From the human T2T-CHM13v2.0 reference genome, Homo sapiens: DNA of 64,000 nucleotides. Below are positions 29,157 through 42,744 of this stretch, one piece after another. The stretch is taken from assembly GCF_009914755.1 (NCBI RefSeq), contig NC_060939.1. The stretch is one strand, 5' to 3'. The position numbers were made by a program, and so were the translations under genes. Each line of letters begins with the position of its first letter. The stretch's first letter is position 1. The notes under the pieces were generated by a model. That model saw nothing but the letters and a program-made list of their open reading frames with translations. It ran no database searches and had not been told where the DNA came from.

Positions 29157-30548
29157 CTGCAAAGATAGAGGATCCACATCTCAGCATTCTCCACAACTGC
29201 TCCAACCTCCCTACGCCTGCCTGACCTGGCCAAGATTGGAGGCTGAGGGTAAATCCTCATATGAGAAAGGATAGGAGCCAGCCTGCCTCTATTGGAGCAC
29301 TCTGCCAAGCTTGGACAGCCTGCTGCCCAAGTGCATAAAAGTTGCAGAACAGAAAGAATGGCCCCAGCCTTCTCTTCGCTTCTCCATTCACTGACAGTGC
29401 CATGACAAAGGGCAGGTGGTAACGTGTGCAGGCGAACATGCCAGCCTTCCGTCCTTATTTATCAAGCTACCCTTAACCACAGTTGGTTATTCACGTAGTA
29501 GCAGGTTGAAGCTCTTCTCTGGAAAAGCACTGGAGGTAGCTCTCCAGTTTCTGGGTTGAGCAAAGTAAGAGGCAGAGCAAGAAAAAATCAAAAAGTGTCT
29601 TCACTTTTTTAGTGCAGTAGAGTAAGGCTGGTCTCCCGAAGCTCCTGGGCAGCAGCACAAAAAGAGGGAGAGAAAACTGAGACGCACAGAGCTGCCAAGT
29701 TGCTCTCCGGAGACAGCCCCAGGCAAGACCTCTAGACCAGCGCTCCACACTTACCCAGTGCACGCGTTAGAACCACCGCTAGGGGCGCCAGTCCGCCGGG
29801 CTCCTCGCTCCTTTCCCTCTTCCCCGCCTGCCCGCCTTATCCAACTTCTCAGACTCCCGCCAGAACTGCTTTGCCAGAACTGCCCTAAGGGGCAGTTCCC
29901 TCTGGGAGTAACTGCAGTGTCTCCTCAATCAGCTCGTCAGACACAGTAAGCCACGCTCCTAGCCTTTACCCTCCCTCCATAAGCTGCAGTGCTAATAGAA
30001 GAAAACAGACTGTCTAACCCTGCCCTTTTGCCAGAGGAGGGCATATTTCTCATAAAACAAACTATTTAAGCCCACAAATGAAGGGGTCTTGTCTTAGCCT
30101 TGGAAGCATCCCCTCTCCTGGCATTGGGCCCAGGCAGGCCCAACCTCTTTCTCCAGTTCCCCTTTCACACACAGAAAGTCCCATGTGGCAACTGGGGGCC
30201 ACCTTCTGCCTTTGGGAACCCTCCCTCCCAGAACCGGCTGGGTTTTTCCCTTCATTGTCAACAGCCAGTCACAGATCCCCCAGACTTCTCCAGGGCAACA
30301 GGAGCCACTTTATAGTAGGCAAGTCACTGCTAGGACACTAAAGGCCAGGCCACTCAAGGGGCACAAGATGTAAAAGGAGATACCATGGACCCAAGGATCC
30401 CTCCAGGAGGGGACAATTTGCCCTTTGGGGGGTCTGAGGCACAGGTGAGGAGCAATAACAAGCCGAGAGGCAGCAGGTGGAAGTCAAGGAATCAACAGCC
30501 CCGCTGATCACTTTGGGGGAAGGAAACAGCAAAGGGCAGGTTTGGGGA

Positions 30549-30560
30549 GGTAAAGTCCCC
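30549..30560 (-). promoter_or_regulatory. NF-kB (RELA) site, one mismatch from canonical
   Basis: Minus strand GGGGACTTTACC versus canonical GGGGACTTTCCC; mismatch at 30551. Confidence 0.7.
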
Positions 30561-30610
30561 TCTTTTCCCCCAGTCTCTATGGGAGGAGTCTTGAGGCTGA
30601 GAGCACTCAC

Positions 30611-30902
30611 CATAAAAGAGTCGCTGGGGTTCCTCAGTCACCCCACAAGGCAGCATGACACCTTGGCTGGGGGAGGCTGGGCTGAGAGTCTGGGTAGCTT
30701 TGTCTTCCTGGCTGGTGGGTCGAAGGCCAGGGCCACAGCAGTGGGTGAGAGGGAAGAGCTGAAGTCGGCTGAGGGGGCAGTCCAGTAGGCTCTGGGCAAA
30801 CAGGTCAGCAGAGAGCAAGCTCCCGGGTTGGGTCACCGGCTCCCCATCCTCTGGTTGGAACACATCATCCTCCAGCTCCTCCACACACTGAGATGGCTCC
30901 AT
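30611..30902 (-). CDS. BMF: BMF first ATG-containing coding exon (MEPSQCVEELEDDVFQ...QRLFY), with the dynein light chain motif DKATQT at 30687-30704
   Basis: Acceptor CACAG|GAGAGATG (exon starts 30907); ATG at 30902-30900; donor TATG|GTGAGT; 292+161+102=555 nt = 184 aa + stop. Confidence 0.98.
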
Positions 30903-31332
30903 CTCTCCTGTGAGGGGGCAACGCAGGCATCTGGGCTGCTGCCCCACCAGGGCCATACCTGGAAGGACTCCCCTTCCCTTCTTCCTACCATACTCCCCCT
31001 TCTTATTTGAGCTGGCCGGACCACATACTGATGACATACAACCCTGGTAATAAAGCACTGCTAAGGGTGACATTCACTCCCCAAATGTGGACTGCCTGAA
31101 TGTTCAGGGGCTCTCCACACCTCTTCCCTGGGCCCGCCTGGAACCACCCTTTTTCTTGATCACGTTTTCTGACCTAGGCCGGTCACAAAGTTTGACTCTG
31201 AGGGTTGTGAGCAATAGCAGGAGTAGAATCAGCAGCTATATGCATGCAGGGTACCTGGGAAAATATAAACAAGACTAGCCTCTGTAAGTTGCTGTCAAGG
31301 GTGCTGTGACTGGCTATACATACAGTGCTCAC

Positions 31333-31333
<1 letters not shown>

Positions 31334-31386
<53 letters not shown>
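31334..31386. repeat. (CA)n microsatellite
   Basis: Direct read. Confidence 0.95.
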
Positions 31387-31390
<4 letters not shown>

Positions 31391-32360
31391 CATTGTCCCA
31401 AGGAAATTCTTATCTCAGTCTGAGCTGAGCTCCAGGCTCAGCAGCAAAAACAAAAGCCAGCAATCCTAGGACAGCCAGGTTCCCTCCAAACCTCTAAGCC
31501 CCGCCCTGCTGCCCATCTACTCTAATCTCCACCCCTTGCTTGCACAACACAACAAACAGGCTCTGCAGTGTGGTAAGAATGTGTCCTGGGAGAGGGGATA
31601 AAGACCCAAGCTAGTCATTGCAGCTGCCGTCTCGGCTCTCTTTGAGCAGAGTTGAGCTGTCTGCCCACCAAAGTTTGGCCTAGAGGGTAGGTCCAGCCTC
31701 TCCCAACTAAGTCTCCTCACTAGTCTCCACGACTTCAAATCCCTGATTCCACAGCCTCCCGCTCCTGCCAGCTCTGAACCTGAGACTGGTACAACTGGTC
31801 TTACAGAAGGAAGTGAAATTCAGCCCTCTCCCTGTGACCTCACTCACTGCCTATACTGCTGAAGTTATTGATATGAGTTTCTTGGTGATAAAGAAGTTCC
31901 TCTTGCTCCACCTGATGGCTCTTGAAAGTCTGAGCTTGGAGCTACTCAGCATCTTAAGCTTCCAACCCAGCTCCCTACACATACCAGGAACTGCTTAGGG
32001 CCCCTGCAGCAGCCAGAAGCAGCAACCACCTGAACAGCTAAGGATAAAAAGAGATGAATTTCATTCTTGTCAGACTCAATTAGAGATTCCTGGGGGTTCT
32101 GTCCCCTAGTCTCTTGCCTTTGAAGAACAAGCCAAATGGTCTATGGATTGGTGAAGTAGCTAAAAGAATCTCAGTTCAATTCAGAATGCTGCCTTTGCCA
32201 AACACAAGCTGTGAGCTGCTTGCTTGGGCCCTGCCTTCGTCCCATCCCATCCCTGTCCCTGAGCTGTCTATGGTCCTGTCTGTGCCCTCTTCCCTGGAGA
32301 ATGAGGAGATGCCTGCTAGGATGGCAAGCAGCCACGTGGTGTTCTTTGGACCGTGTTTCC

Positions 32361-32363
<3 letters not shown>

Positions 32364-32407
<44 letters not shown>
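32364..32407. repeat. (TG)n microsatellite
   Basis: Direct read. Confidence 0.95.
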
Positions 32408-32410
<3 letters not shown>

Positions 32411-33050
32411 GGGAGGGGGGTGAGGTGGTGCACTCCAGCTTATTAACAACAGGAAACAAAATTTCCTGATGAAAGGACCAAGTGCTGTCCCGCCAGTCAC
32501 CTGGCAGGGGCTCCCCTCCAGCTCTCCAACCTCCTCTTCTCAGGCTAGCAATCTTGACCTAAGAAGGGGCCCTCAAAGCCAATCACCAGCACGAGTCATT
32601 GTCTTGGTTTTTCCTTTGAAGCCTATCACCTTCCCCTCCCCCTCCCAGCAAAGCCCCAAAGTTCAACCTTTGCCTGGACTGGACAGTGGGGGAGGTGCAG
32701 CCAGAAGGTGTGGCTCTGCAAGCCCCAGGGACCCCTCTCACGCTCCACAAACTGTAGGTGGCTTGACTGTAGGTGGGCGCCTCTGGAGGGGTGCTGGCCA
32801 AGGTCAAGGGTAAACTAAGAGAGGGTGAAATTTTTCTCCTGAGCTTAAGAGGTGATGTCCAGAGCGGTGGGAGGAGGAGGGCACTTCCTGAGAACAGGGC
32901 CAGGGAATGCTTTATTCCTAGCAAAGGAACTCAAGCCCCGCTGCAGCCATCCCAACCCCTAAGGGCTGGAAGAGGGATGCTGAACTTAGACTCCTCCTCC
33001 TCTTAGGAGAAGGCAGTAGTCAGACACCCAGATCCTCGACAGTGACTAGG

Positions 33051-33051
<1 letters not shown>

Positions 33052-33084
<33 letters not shown>
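33052..33084. repeat. (CA)n microsatellite adjacent to a BMF 5' splice site
   Basis: Direct read. Confidence 0.95.
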
Positions 33085-33087
<3 letters not shown>

Positions 33088-33092
33088 CAGAC

Positions 33093-33220
33093 CTGGGTGA
33101 CTCCAGGAGAGAGTCTCGGCCTCCGAGTCGTGATGCCAGGGCTCCGCGCCAGGGTCCAGCGTGACGAGCACTCGGGGGCTGGACGCCCAGACTCGATTGG
33201 GAAGGAGGGAAAAAGCCCAG
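33093..33220 (-). other. BMF: BMF 5' exon 2 (UTR, plus CUG-initiated extension at 33159-33093)
   Basis: Acceptor CTCCTCTCCTTAACAG|CT and donor CCCAG|GTCTGG; splices in frame to the ATG exon. Confidence 0.75.
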
Positions 33221-34000
33221 CTGTTAAGGAGAGGAGCCTTCAGACTCCGCAGAGAGGCAGGATGCCCCACAGCTCCTGTCCTATCCCAAAGTCAGACCCA
33301 GAGGCTGGGCCGTTCTCGGGCGCCCAGGTCTGCTCAGCAGTGCACCCCAGGTTCCCCTGCCTACCTGGACCCAACTCCTTCGAGTCCCAAATGCTACCCC
33401 CAAGTTCCCTCTTGGAGCAGCGCACCCAACTGTGGGTTCTGCACCCCGTTCCCTCACCCCAGCGCCCCAGTTCTTCATGGTCACCCCAGACGTCCGCAGC
33501 CCAAACCCTTCCCGGGCCCCCGTGCGCAGCGCGACTCCGCTCCCCACTTCCCCAAGGAGCTGCGATCCAACTCCGCCCGGCCCCCGGCGGCCACCCGGGC
33601 GCTCACCGGGCTGCGGCAGGAGGCGGGAGGCGCAGGCAGGGGCGGCGGCGGCGGCGGGCACAGGCCGGGGCGGGAGGAGGCCACTCCGCACGGTGCGGTA
33701 TTGTTTCCAAAATACGCCTGCTCGGGGCATCCCGCAAACAGCTGATGAGGCCCCGCCCCCCTGCGCGTCACGCCGAGGACTGACCAATGGCGAGTGAAGC
33801 GCCAAGTCCCGGGCTGGGCCGCTGCCAGGGACGGTCACGAATGTACGAACCTTCCCATGGAAACATTGCAAGGGGCCGAGCAAAATTCCGACCGTCGCCA
33901 GAAGCGCAGTCGGAGCGCCGTCGCCAGTGCGGATTCTGTCCCTAACACAGGCTCTGGAAGCGCCAGAGAGTCCCTGAATCCTCTGTATTAGGTGTGGGAG
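33100..34000. promoter_or_regulatory. BMF CpG-island promoter
   Basis: High GC and CpG density; GC boxes (GGGGCGG/CCCCGCCCC); CCAAT at about 33784; CRE half-site CGTCA at about 33766; E-box CAGCTG at about 33739; forkhead-like TTGTTT at about 33701. Confidence 0.85.
33607..33710 (-). other. BMF: Probable BMF exon 1 (non-coding); TSS position approximate
   Basis: Strong donor CCCG|GTGAGC at 33606 inside the CpG island. Confidence 0.6.
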
Positions 34001-34707
34001 AGGGGGCGCCAAAGTAACTTTTGTCTTCTTTTTCACGGCAATGGGCAGAATAATTGCTGCGCGTCCACAAAGGGAGGGGGGAAGGAGGCGGGGAGTTTTT
34101 TTATGAGGCTGGTGCGTCCAGTGGGTGCAGGGTGCAGGGTGCGGGTCCCTATGGGATCCCAGCCTCAGGGGAAAGCTCCCTCCCGCCTGCCGAGCAGGTC
34201 GGAAGAAAACTGCAGCTCCAAAGCTGAAGGTGTGTTTGAAACAAACACATCCAGGGGAGCCCTTAGGTCCTCTTCTTGACTGGGCGTGGGCACTGGCAAA
34301 ATAAGCACCTGGCTGAGAAGCGGAGCGCTCAAGAAGGCCGGGGCTGCTTGAGCGGTTGACACATATCTCGCATATGGCAGCATTTAGAGACTGTGCTGGT
34401 GCTGCCAGGAGAGCAGCATGTCCTGCAGACCGCGTAAGGGAGTCTATGGGCTACTTCACAGGCATTTACCGAGCACCTACTCTGTGCCAGATATTGGGCT
34501 GAGTGCCAGAAACCTGGCGTCTGCCCTCAAGGAGCTTACAGTCTACTAGGAGAGGTAGCCCTGAAAATAGTGAAAAGTTATTGGAATTGTATTCATTCCA
34601 AGGATAATGACTATTGAGGAATGCAGAAAAATTCAGAATACAAAGGCTGGAGAAGGCCTCAGGGAGACAGCTTTTAAATTGAATGGGAAATATTTTTCAA
34701 TAAGGAA

Positions 34708-35018
<311 letters not shown>

Positions 35019-36090
35019 AATAGCCCAGGCCTAAGGGTAGCAGACTGAAGTGCTGAGCTGGAGAGCTTACCTGTGCAGGGAGCAGAGGGAGGCTTGGTGA
35101 CTGGATCATTGGGTGCACACTGAGATTTACGAACGGTAGGCATGGGCAGGTGGGTTCAGGTCAGACTACAGAGGTGTCCCTGGAATGCCAGACTGAAGAA
35201 TCTGTATTTTATAAAGGGGAGGCAGCAAAGATTTTATTGGAGATGAGTGACTTGACCAAGCCTGAGTTTTAGGAAAGATAAAATGATGAGTCCAGAGAGC
35301 AGTGAGAGGGAGCCAGTCCTGCAACAACCCTGACCCACCAGGGGCAGTAGGGCTCAGCAGTGCTCTGACCACCGAGCTGCTCTCTGGGTTGTAAACTTAG
35401 ATTTAAGTTCAGTGGAGCTGGGACCTTCAGCCCAATAGAGCCTGAAGTCTCCTTGTACCTTTTTCCCATCATTCTTTCCTTTGCTCCCTCAGAAGTCACC
35501 TGAAACAGAATGAACCAGCCATATTGAGGGCTGTGGTTGCTAGAATAGAAAAATACTGTCTCCAAAGGACAAAGAGGGAAAAGGGAAAGAGTGGGGAGTC
35601 AAGGTTAGCCAGTAGCACAGTCCCCCGAAATTGATAGATTTCCAGCAAAAGGACTAAGCCAAAAGGAGGTATATTATTTTACCCAGAGGCTTGGCCAAAA
35701 GTGCATGTCTGAGCTGGTCAGAGTGACCTTGCACTCCTGCTACATGTAGGGAGATACAGAAACCAAACCTAGCCTCTGTGAAGGGCACCGGCAGCCCTCC
35801 GTGATTTCCAATGCACCGACTCCCTTCCGCTCCTTCCTTCCATCCTTCTCTTCTCATTTGCTTTCCTATCAGACCAGTGTCTCAGGCTGGCCAGTGGTGC
35901 CCCTGAGCATTCCTTCGGTTCAAGAGTGAAACTCAAGGCCACAGCAGCTCTGAATCTGCCCTCTGGGACAGCACAGGCCCTGAGGGCTGGGGCCATCGTA
36001 GCTCTCCTGACCCACCTGAGATGCTAAAGCTCTGTGTGCTTCATCACAGCCCTGCATGGTAAAATTGGGTCCACAAGGCAAAGAAGCTGA

Positions 36091-36403
<313 letters not shown>

Positions 36404-37728
36404 CAAGAATGGGATATTGATATGGGATCTATGTACTCATCAGGCTCATCAGAGTCCTGAGCTTTAGGGTTTATGAACCCCTGAAACTGGCTAAACTGTG
36501 TTTGTGGGTACACACAAACATTTTTGTGAGTGGGGTGGATCCATAGCTTACAACAGTTTCATAAAGTGGTCTGTGGCCCTATAAAGGTTTCAGAAAATCG
36601 TCATTGTGACAGAACTGGGCTGAGGAACAGGAGGGAGTATCTCAGGGGGTCTGGCAGTTTGCAAGATATGGGGAGGGTCACATCACTATTGATATTTATT
36701 TTAAGACCTCTCTCCCAGGTCTTCACAGCCTGCTCCCTCAGGCTGGTTCTGAAAGACACCTGTGGCTTTGCCTCCTGCGCTCTCAGTCTCTAAGGTCAAG
36801 CAGCAAGGGGCCCAGCCTTCTGAGCTAGAGGGACCAGAGAAGGACTGTCAGGGATAAAGGGGTCAGGGAGGTCAGGAGCCTCACCCCCACCTCTCATCAC
36901 TGTCAAAGCAGACTCCTCCCTCTATGCCCTTTTCCCCCTTTCAGCACAGCATGGACTCAGCAGTATCAGGACCTGCTGTGCTGCAGATCTGGGCTCTGAG
37001 CCCCCTGACCAATAGCAGCACCCTGGGAACAGATGAACCCTGAGCTTTTGACTGGGCTCGGAGCAAATACACAGTGCAGTCACAGCAACCTCTATTTTGG
37101 AGAATTTCCTTTCTCTCATTCTCTTCCTGCACTTTGTCTCAATTTGTTTTCTCCTCTGCTAACTGATGCTGGCTCTGGGAGAAGGGTCCCCAGAGAAAGG
37201 CATCAGCACGGAGGCTGATAGGGAGGAGGGCCTTCCCTGACAATCTTGGAGGGATACAGAGTTAAGGGGAGGCTGCTCTCAACCAGAGAGAAAACCCAGC
37301 TCCTGTAGAAAGCGGGCAGGAGCCCTCTCCATTGTCTCACCTGGCTATAGGATTTCTCTCTGAGACAAGAAATGGCTCTAAAACTCCAGTAACTGGATCA
37401 CTGGAAAGGGCGGTTTTTAAAAAACCAGCTGACAGCTGAATAATAGGAATTACCAGGCAGGCTGCCCTGGGGTTACTGAGGTTTGTAACTCAACCCCCAG
37501 GGAGGGGTTAGATGGGAAACTGATTTATGGGTAAGGTTGGGGTCTTGCTGGGGGAGCACATGGTGCCTGACCCCCTTAACTACTTCCAGAAGAGCTCATA
37601 TATGTAAGAAAGACCAGGGATCTGCAAGACGTGGGTGTCCTTCCCTTGCCGGACTTGCCCTATCAAAGGGAATTTATCTGTTATCCGTCTGTCTGCAAAG
37701 GATAGTTCCTCTCTTCTGAGTTGTAGAG

Positions 37729-37988
37729 AGTGTGTGTTTGTGCGCACGAATGTGTGTGCATGTGTGTATGCGTGTGTGTGCACGTGTGTGTGCGTGGGTA
37801 GGTGTGCGTGCATGTGTGTGCACGTGTGTGTGCGCTGGTAGGTGTTTGTGGGCGTGTGTGCACGCGTGTGCGTGGGTGTGTGTGTATGCGTGTGGGGGGG
37901 TGTGTGCGTGTGTGTGTGCGTGGGGGGGGTGTGTGCGGGTGCACACACACGTATGGCGGGGGTGCGCGCACGTGTGTGTGTGTGTGCG
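37729..37988. repeat. Degenerate (TG/CG)n alternating purine-pyrimidine tract
   Basis: About 260 bp of TG/CA/CG dinucleotides with G-run interruptions. Confidence 0.9.
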
Positions 37989-38448
37989 CCAGAACAGACA
38001 GATTGGCTTCTACTAACTGGGCAAGTTAAGAAATTTGATTGCCTAGTCAATGAGCTCACTTCTTGCCAATTGCTGATTCAGAGGGATTCAAATAGAAAAA
38101 GCAGGTACTCTACTCAAAAGAAAGCATCTGGGAATTCAGAGACCTGGATGTAAAGGGAAATACAGAAACTAAGGACTAAAGCTGGCATGCTACCCTCTGG
38201 GAAAGCTTGGAAGATAAGATGTGAAGTCCAAGATCCCATGAAGTATGACAACAGCATATGTTCAGTTTCATTTGGGGGGACTACTCGGTAAATATTTGTT
38301 GAATGAGTAAATGAATGTATATTCACACGTTTAAAAAGTACAAGTAGTTCTGTATTAGGAAGTGGGAAGAAAGCTACAGTGGGGGATTCCCGATAAATGT
38401 CCTGTCTACATTGGCTTTGCCATTTAGGATGCCTGGTCTTATCTTAGT

Positions 38449-38599
38449 TTCTTTTTTTTTTCTTTTTAAAAAATTATTTAATAGAGATGGGGGTCCGCCT
38501 GTGTTGCCCAGGCTAATTTCAAACTCCTGACCTCAAGCGATCCTCCCACCTCAGCCTCTTGAGTAGCTGGGATTACAGGTGCAAGCCACTGCACCCAGC
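38449..38599 (-). mobile_element. Alu monomer (FLAM-like)
   Basis: Single antisense arm with T tail. Confidence 0.85.
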
Positions 38600-39567
38600 T
38601 TATCTGACTGAGTTTCTTCTCACCAGCGAGATGATCCTCCAAGAAGACAAGGGTGATGCCATCTACTCCTTGATACCCTCCGACTGCTCTGCTCCAGGCT
38701 TGGCACATGAGTCACTCACTAAGTCTTTGGAGACAAATTTACTGGAAAAACTATGAGCCAGGCCCTCAGGGCAGTATCCTCAGCTCCCCTCTCCTCAACC
38801 CAGTGTGCAGCCCGTGGAAAAGAAGTTAGCTTTATCCTGCCAAGGAATGAAGAAATCCAACAGAAATACACTTTCTTTAACTCTACTTCTCCCAGGATGT
38901 CAGCCTTTTTCCTGGTCAAATGTACATCACTACAACAGTACACACTTCTTTTTGGGATTGGCAGGGAAATCTCAGAAATTTCTAGCTGAGGCCAGATTTA
39001 TTGCTATCAAGGAAACCTGCCACCCAGAAGAGCTGGGGACCAGTCCCTTCCCGGCTTCAAGTGTCCCAGGTTTTGAACTTGGTGTTCAAGATGATCTGGG
39101 CTGAGAAGTGAGTTAGATCAGCTGTTTTTCAGCCAACTCCTTAGTCCCCACTGTCCTGGAGGGGAACAGGGTCTCTCTCTGGAAGGGGCTTCATGAGACA
39201 GGGGTTCAATCCCTCAGGTGTGAGTTTATCAGACATTTACTGAGCACTTGCCATATGTTAGGCTCCACGCCAGCAGCTGGAGGTACAGACACAATCCCCT
39301 TGGGGATCATTGAACACATCAGAACCCTTTTTTCTCAAACATGAACTTGCATATACACACCTATACACATGCTCAAAGAGACACTGAGGATTAGAGGAGG
39401 GTATAGCAAGAAGAGCTGGAACTAAACAAGCTAAGGAAAAACAGCCTTCTCCCAAATGGTCTTGCCTTTCCTCGCATAGAAGCATCTGGAAATGTCTGAA
39501 GCCCCATTTCCCTGCTCTCAAAGCCCACCTGTTATCAGGTGGAGTAGACAGAGCTCTGGGCTAGTGT

Positions 39568-39883
39568 GGCCAGGTGCAGTAGCTCATGTCTATTTATCCC
39601 AGCACTTTGGGAAGCCAAGCCAGGAAGATTATTTGATGCCAGGGGAATCACTTAAGACCAGCCTAGGCAACATAGTGAGACCCTTTCTCTACAAAACATT
39701 TAAAAATTAGCTAGACATGGTGGTGCACGCCTATGGTTCTAGCTACTTGGGAGGCTGAGACAGGAGAATCACTTGAGCCTAGGAGTTGGGGGATACGATT
39801 GCACCACTGCACTCCAGGGTGAGTGACAGAGTGAGACCCTGTCTCTTAAAAAACAAAAAACAAAAACAAACAAACAAAAAAAC
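39568..39883 (+). mobile_element. AluJ-type SINE
   Basis: Diverged dimeric Alu. Confidence 0.9.
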
Positions 39884-40047
39884 AGAAAGAGCTCTAGGCT
39901 AGATGTCAGGAGATCTGGATTCAGCTCCCAGCTCTGCTACCACAGGTGATCTTTTCCAACATGCATTTATATGCCCTTATGGATTCAGAGGTGGCATAAC
40001 TCGGGTAAATAGTCTGGCTTAGCAGGGATTAGAATTTAGGGCTGACG

Positions 40048-40351
<304 letters not shown>

Positions 40352-41311
40352 GAGAATTTGGGGCTGACACCCACCTCTTAGCGCAATCCTGCCCAGGTCC
40401 CTGGGCTGTAATGAAAACAACTCCCACCTGCTGAGCATTTACTATGTGCCAGACATGTTGTGTCAAACAGTGTCTCATTCAGGCTTTAACACCCTCAAGA
40501 TAGACCTATTACCATCAGCCGTGTTTTACACTTAAGAAAACTAAGGTTACTTCTCCGAGTATGGGCCCACAGCAACAGAAGCACAGTCTGAAGCCACCCT
40601 GGCATGAAAGCCAGTGCTAACATCCCATACCTCTACTGCCTTTAGGCACACTCAGTCCCTCCCCACAGACAGGATTCACTCCCCTTCCCCCATCAATAAC
40701 ACACTGACCCCGGCTGCCCCCTGAACAGGAAGGCCAAGCCTGAGGCAGCCTAGCGAGGTACATTCCAGCTCTCTCAGTTGCAAACACTCCCACTGCCACC
40801 ACCACCTGTGGCAGAAGCGATTGCATCACCCGCAGGAAGCGGTCCAGCGGCCCAGCATCAGCTCTAAGGCACATTTTCGGTTCCTACTTCTATCCTTGAC
40901 TACATTCAACAGGCTGCCCTGTCTTCCAGCCCCTGCCCTGGCCCTGTAGCTTTAGGCTAATGTGATGACTGGACATGGGACTGCAGTCTGCTACTTAGAT
41001 GAGATTTGTACAGGTCCATTTTCTCATCACTGCCGGGTGGGTGAGGGGGGTCCGGCTAAAGGGGGCTTCTCAGCTAAGGACCATTCGGAGATCCTGTGGG
41101 CTCAGAGAAAAGTCCTCTCGGATGCAGGAGACAAGCAAGGGAGGGGAGTCCCAGGCAGGTACCATAACCTTATCGCTACCTTTCAATGACGTGGGCCAGC
41201 GAGAAGAAGGCCCTCAAGAGCCTGCCAACACAGCCAGGATGTCTCTGATGTGGGGGTCTCAGCCCATCCGACTGGCAGACATGCTACACTGGGCTTTGCT
41301 TTCCTCCCTCT

Positions 41312-41613
41312 ATTATTATTTTTTTTCTTGAAACAGGGTCTCACTTTGTTACCCAGGCTGGAGTGCAGTGGTGGCACAGTCTTGGCTCACTGCAACCTCG
41401 GCCTCCTGGGTTCAAGTGATCCTCCCGCCTCAGCCTCCCCAGTAGCTGGGATTACAAGTGTGAGCCACCATGCCTGGCTAATTTTTGCATTTTTAGCAGA
41501 GACGGAGTTTCGCCATATTACCCAGGCTGGTCTCGAACTCCTGACCTCAGGTGATCCGCCCCTTCTGCCTCCCAAAGTGCTGGGATTACAGGCGTGAGCC
41601 ACCACGCCTAGCC
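41312..41613 (-). mobile_element. Alu SINE
   Basis: Antisense dimeric Alu. Confidence 0.92.
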
Positions 41614-42445
41614 ACTTTCCTCCCTCTATTGCCATGGAATCTTCTGGAACTGAGGAGAGATCCTTGTCCCTGTAGTTTCTCTTCTGCCTGTCCTGGATGT
41701 TCTTTCCCTCTCTGCCAACTTCTGTCTCCCTCCTCCTCACGTAGCACTCTTTCTTTATCTCTTCATCTCTCTTCCTACGGTGGTTTCTTCCTGCATTCAC
41801 CACCTCTCTCTGGCCCCACCCTGGGTCACAGCAATAGCAGTCAGCCTTTTAGGCTCATAAAATACTCGACATTTTAGTGGAAGTCATCTTGTGTGGAGAG
41901 GCTGCTTCTTTTAATGTTATCGTCCCCATTTGAAAAGGGTTCACTTGAGTCTGAGCGACATTTTAAATGCCTCTACAGGTGGGGTTATCACTGTCTCTTC
42001 ACACAGAGATCAACCCTAAGCCAGAGACCAATATGGGTTTCTCCCAGCTCTCAGATAGCTCTTCAAATGCTGAACCTGACCGACTCCTTGGTAGGGGTTA
42101 AGGCACCTGGATCAGTGATTTGAATAAATATCAAGTTGTTCTTTTAGGACCAGCCCAGCCTTAAATGACCAACACTGGTTTACTCTGTTTAAAGAAATGT
42201 CAAGCTGCAGTGTGAACCTGGATAATGATAGGACCATTTCAGAATCACTCCAAAGGTTTTCAGGTCACAAAGCTGCACCAGATGTAATAAACCCTAAAGA
42301 AACAAATGGGGACCCCAAGGACTCTGAATTCTTCCCCAGAATTAGGCTAGGTTATGAGATCTATTCCAGGTTTCATGGAATCTTTAGTATCAACTGAGGC
42401 TATGCAAACTTGTGATAAAAAATAAAAATAAAAAATATAAAACTG

Positions 42446-42744
42446 ACTGGGCGCGGTGGCTCACACCTGTAACTCCAGCACTTTGGGAGGCCAAGGCAAG
42501 TGGATCACTTGAGGCCAGGAGTTCGAGACCAGCCTGGCCAACATGGTGAAACCCCCTCTCTACCAAAAATACAAAAATTAGCCAGGCGTGGTGGCACGTG
42601 CCTGTAATCCCAGCTACTCAAGAGGCTGAGGTAGGAGAATCGCTTGAACCCCGGAGTCGGAGGTTGCAGTGAGCCAAGATCTCACCACAGCACTCCAGCC
42701 TGGGCAACAGAGCGAGACTCCGTCTCTAAATAAATAAATAAAAA
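42446..42744 (+). mobile_element. AluS-type SINE
   Basis: Full dimeric Alu. Confidence 0.95.

Noticed and set aside
29773-29790. CTCF-like motif CCGCTAGGGGCGCC (similar at about 35335)
   Set aside because: One G short of the core consensus spacing; cannot be supported without ChIP data
30492-31073. 193-aa ORF as a single-exon protein
   Set aside because: Only 30611-30907 is bounded by splice sites and matches BMF; the rest is intronic read-through
33097-34036. Long overlapping ORFs (228, 194, 251 aa)
   Set aside because: Expected stop-codon scarcity in a CpG island; low-complexity Pro/Gly/Arg/Ala content with no recognisable family
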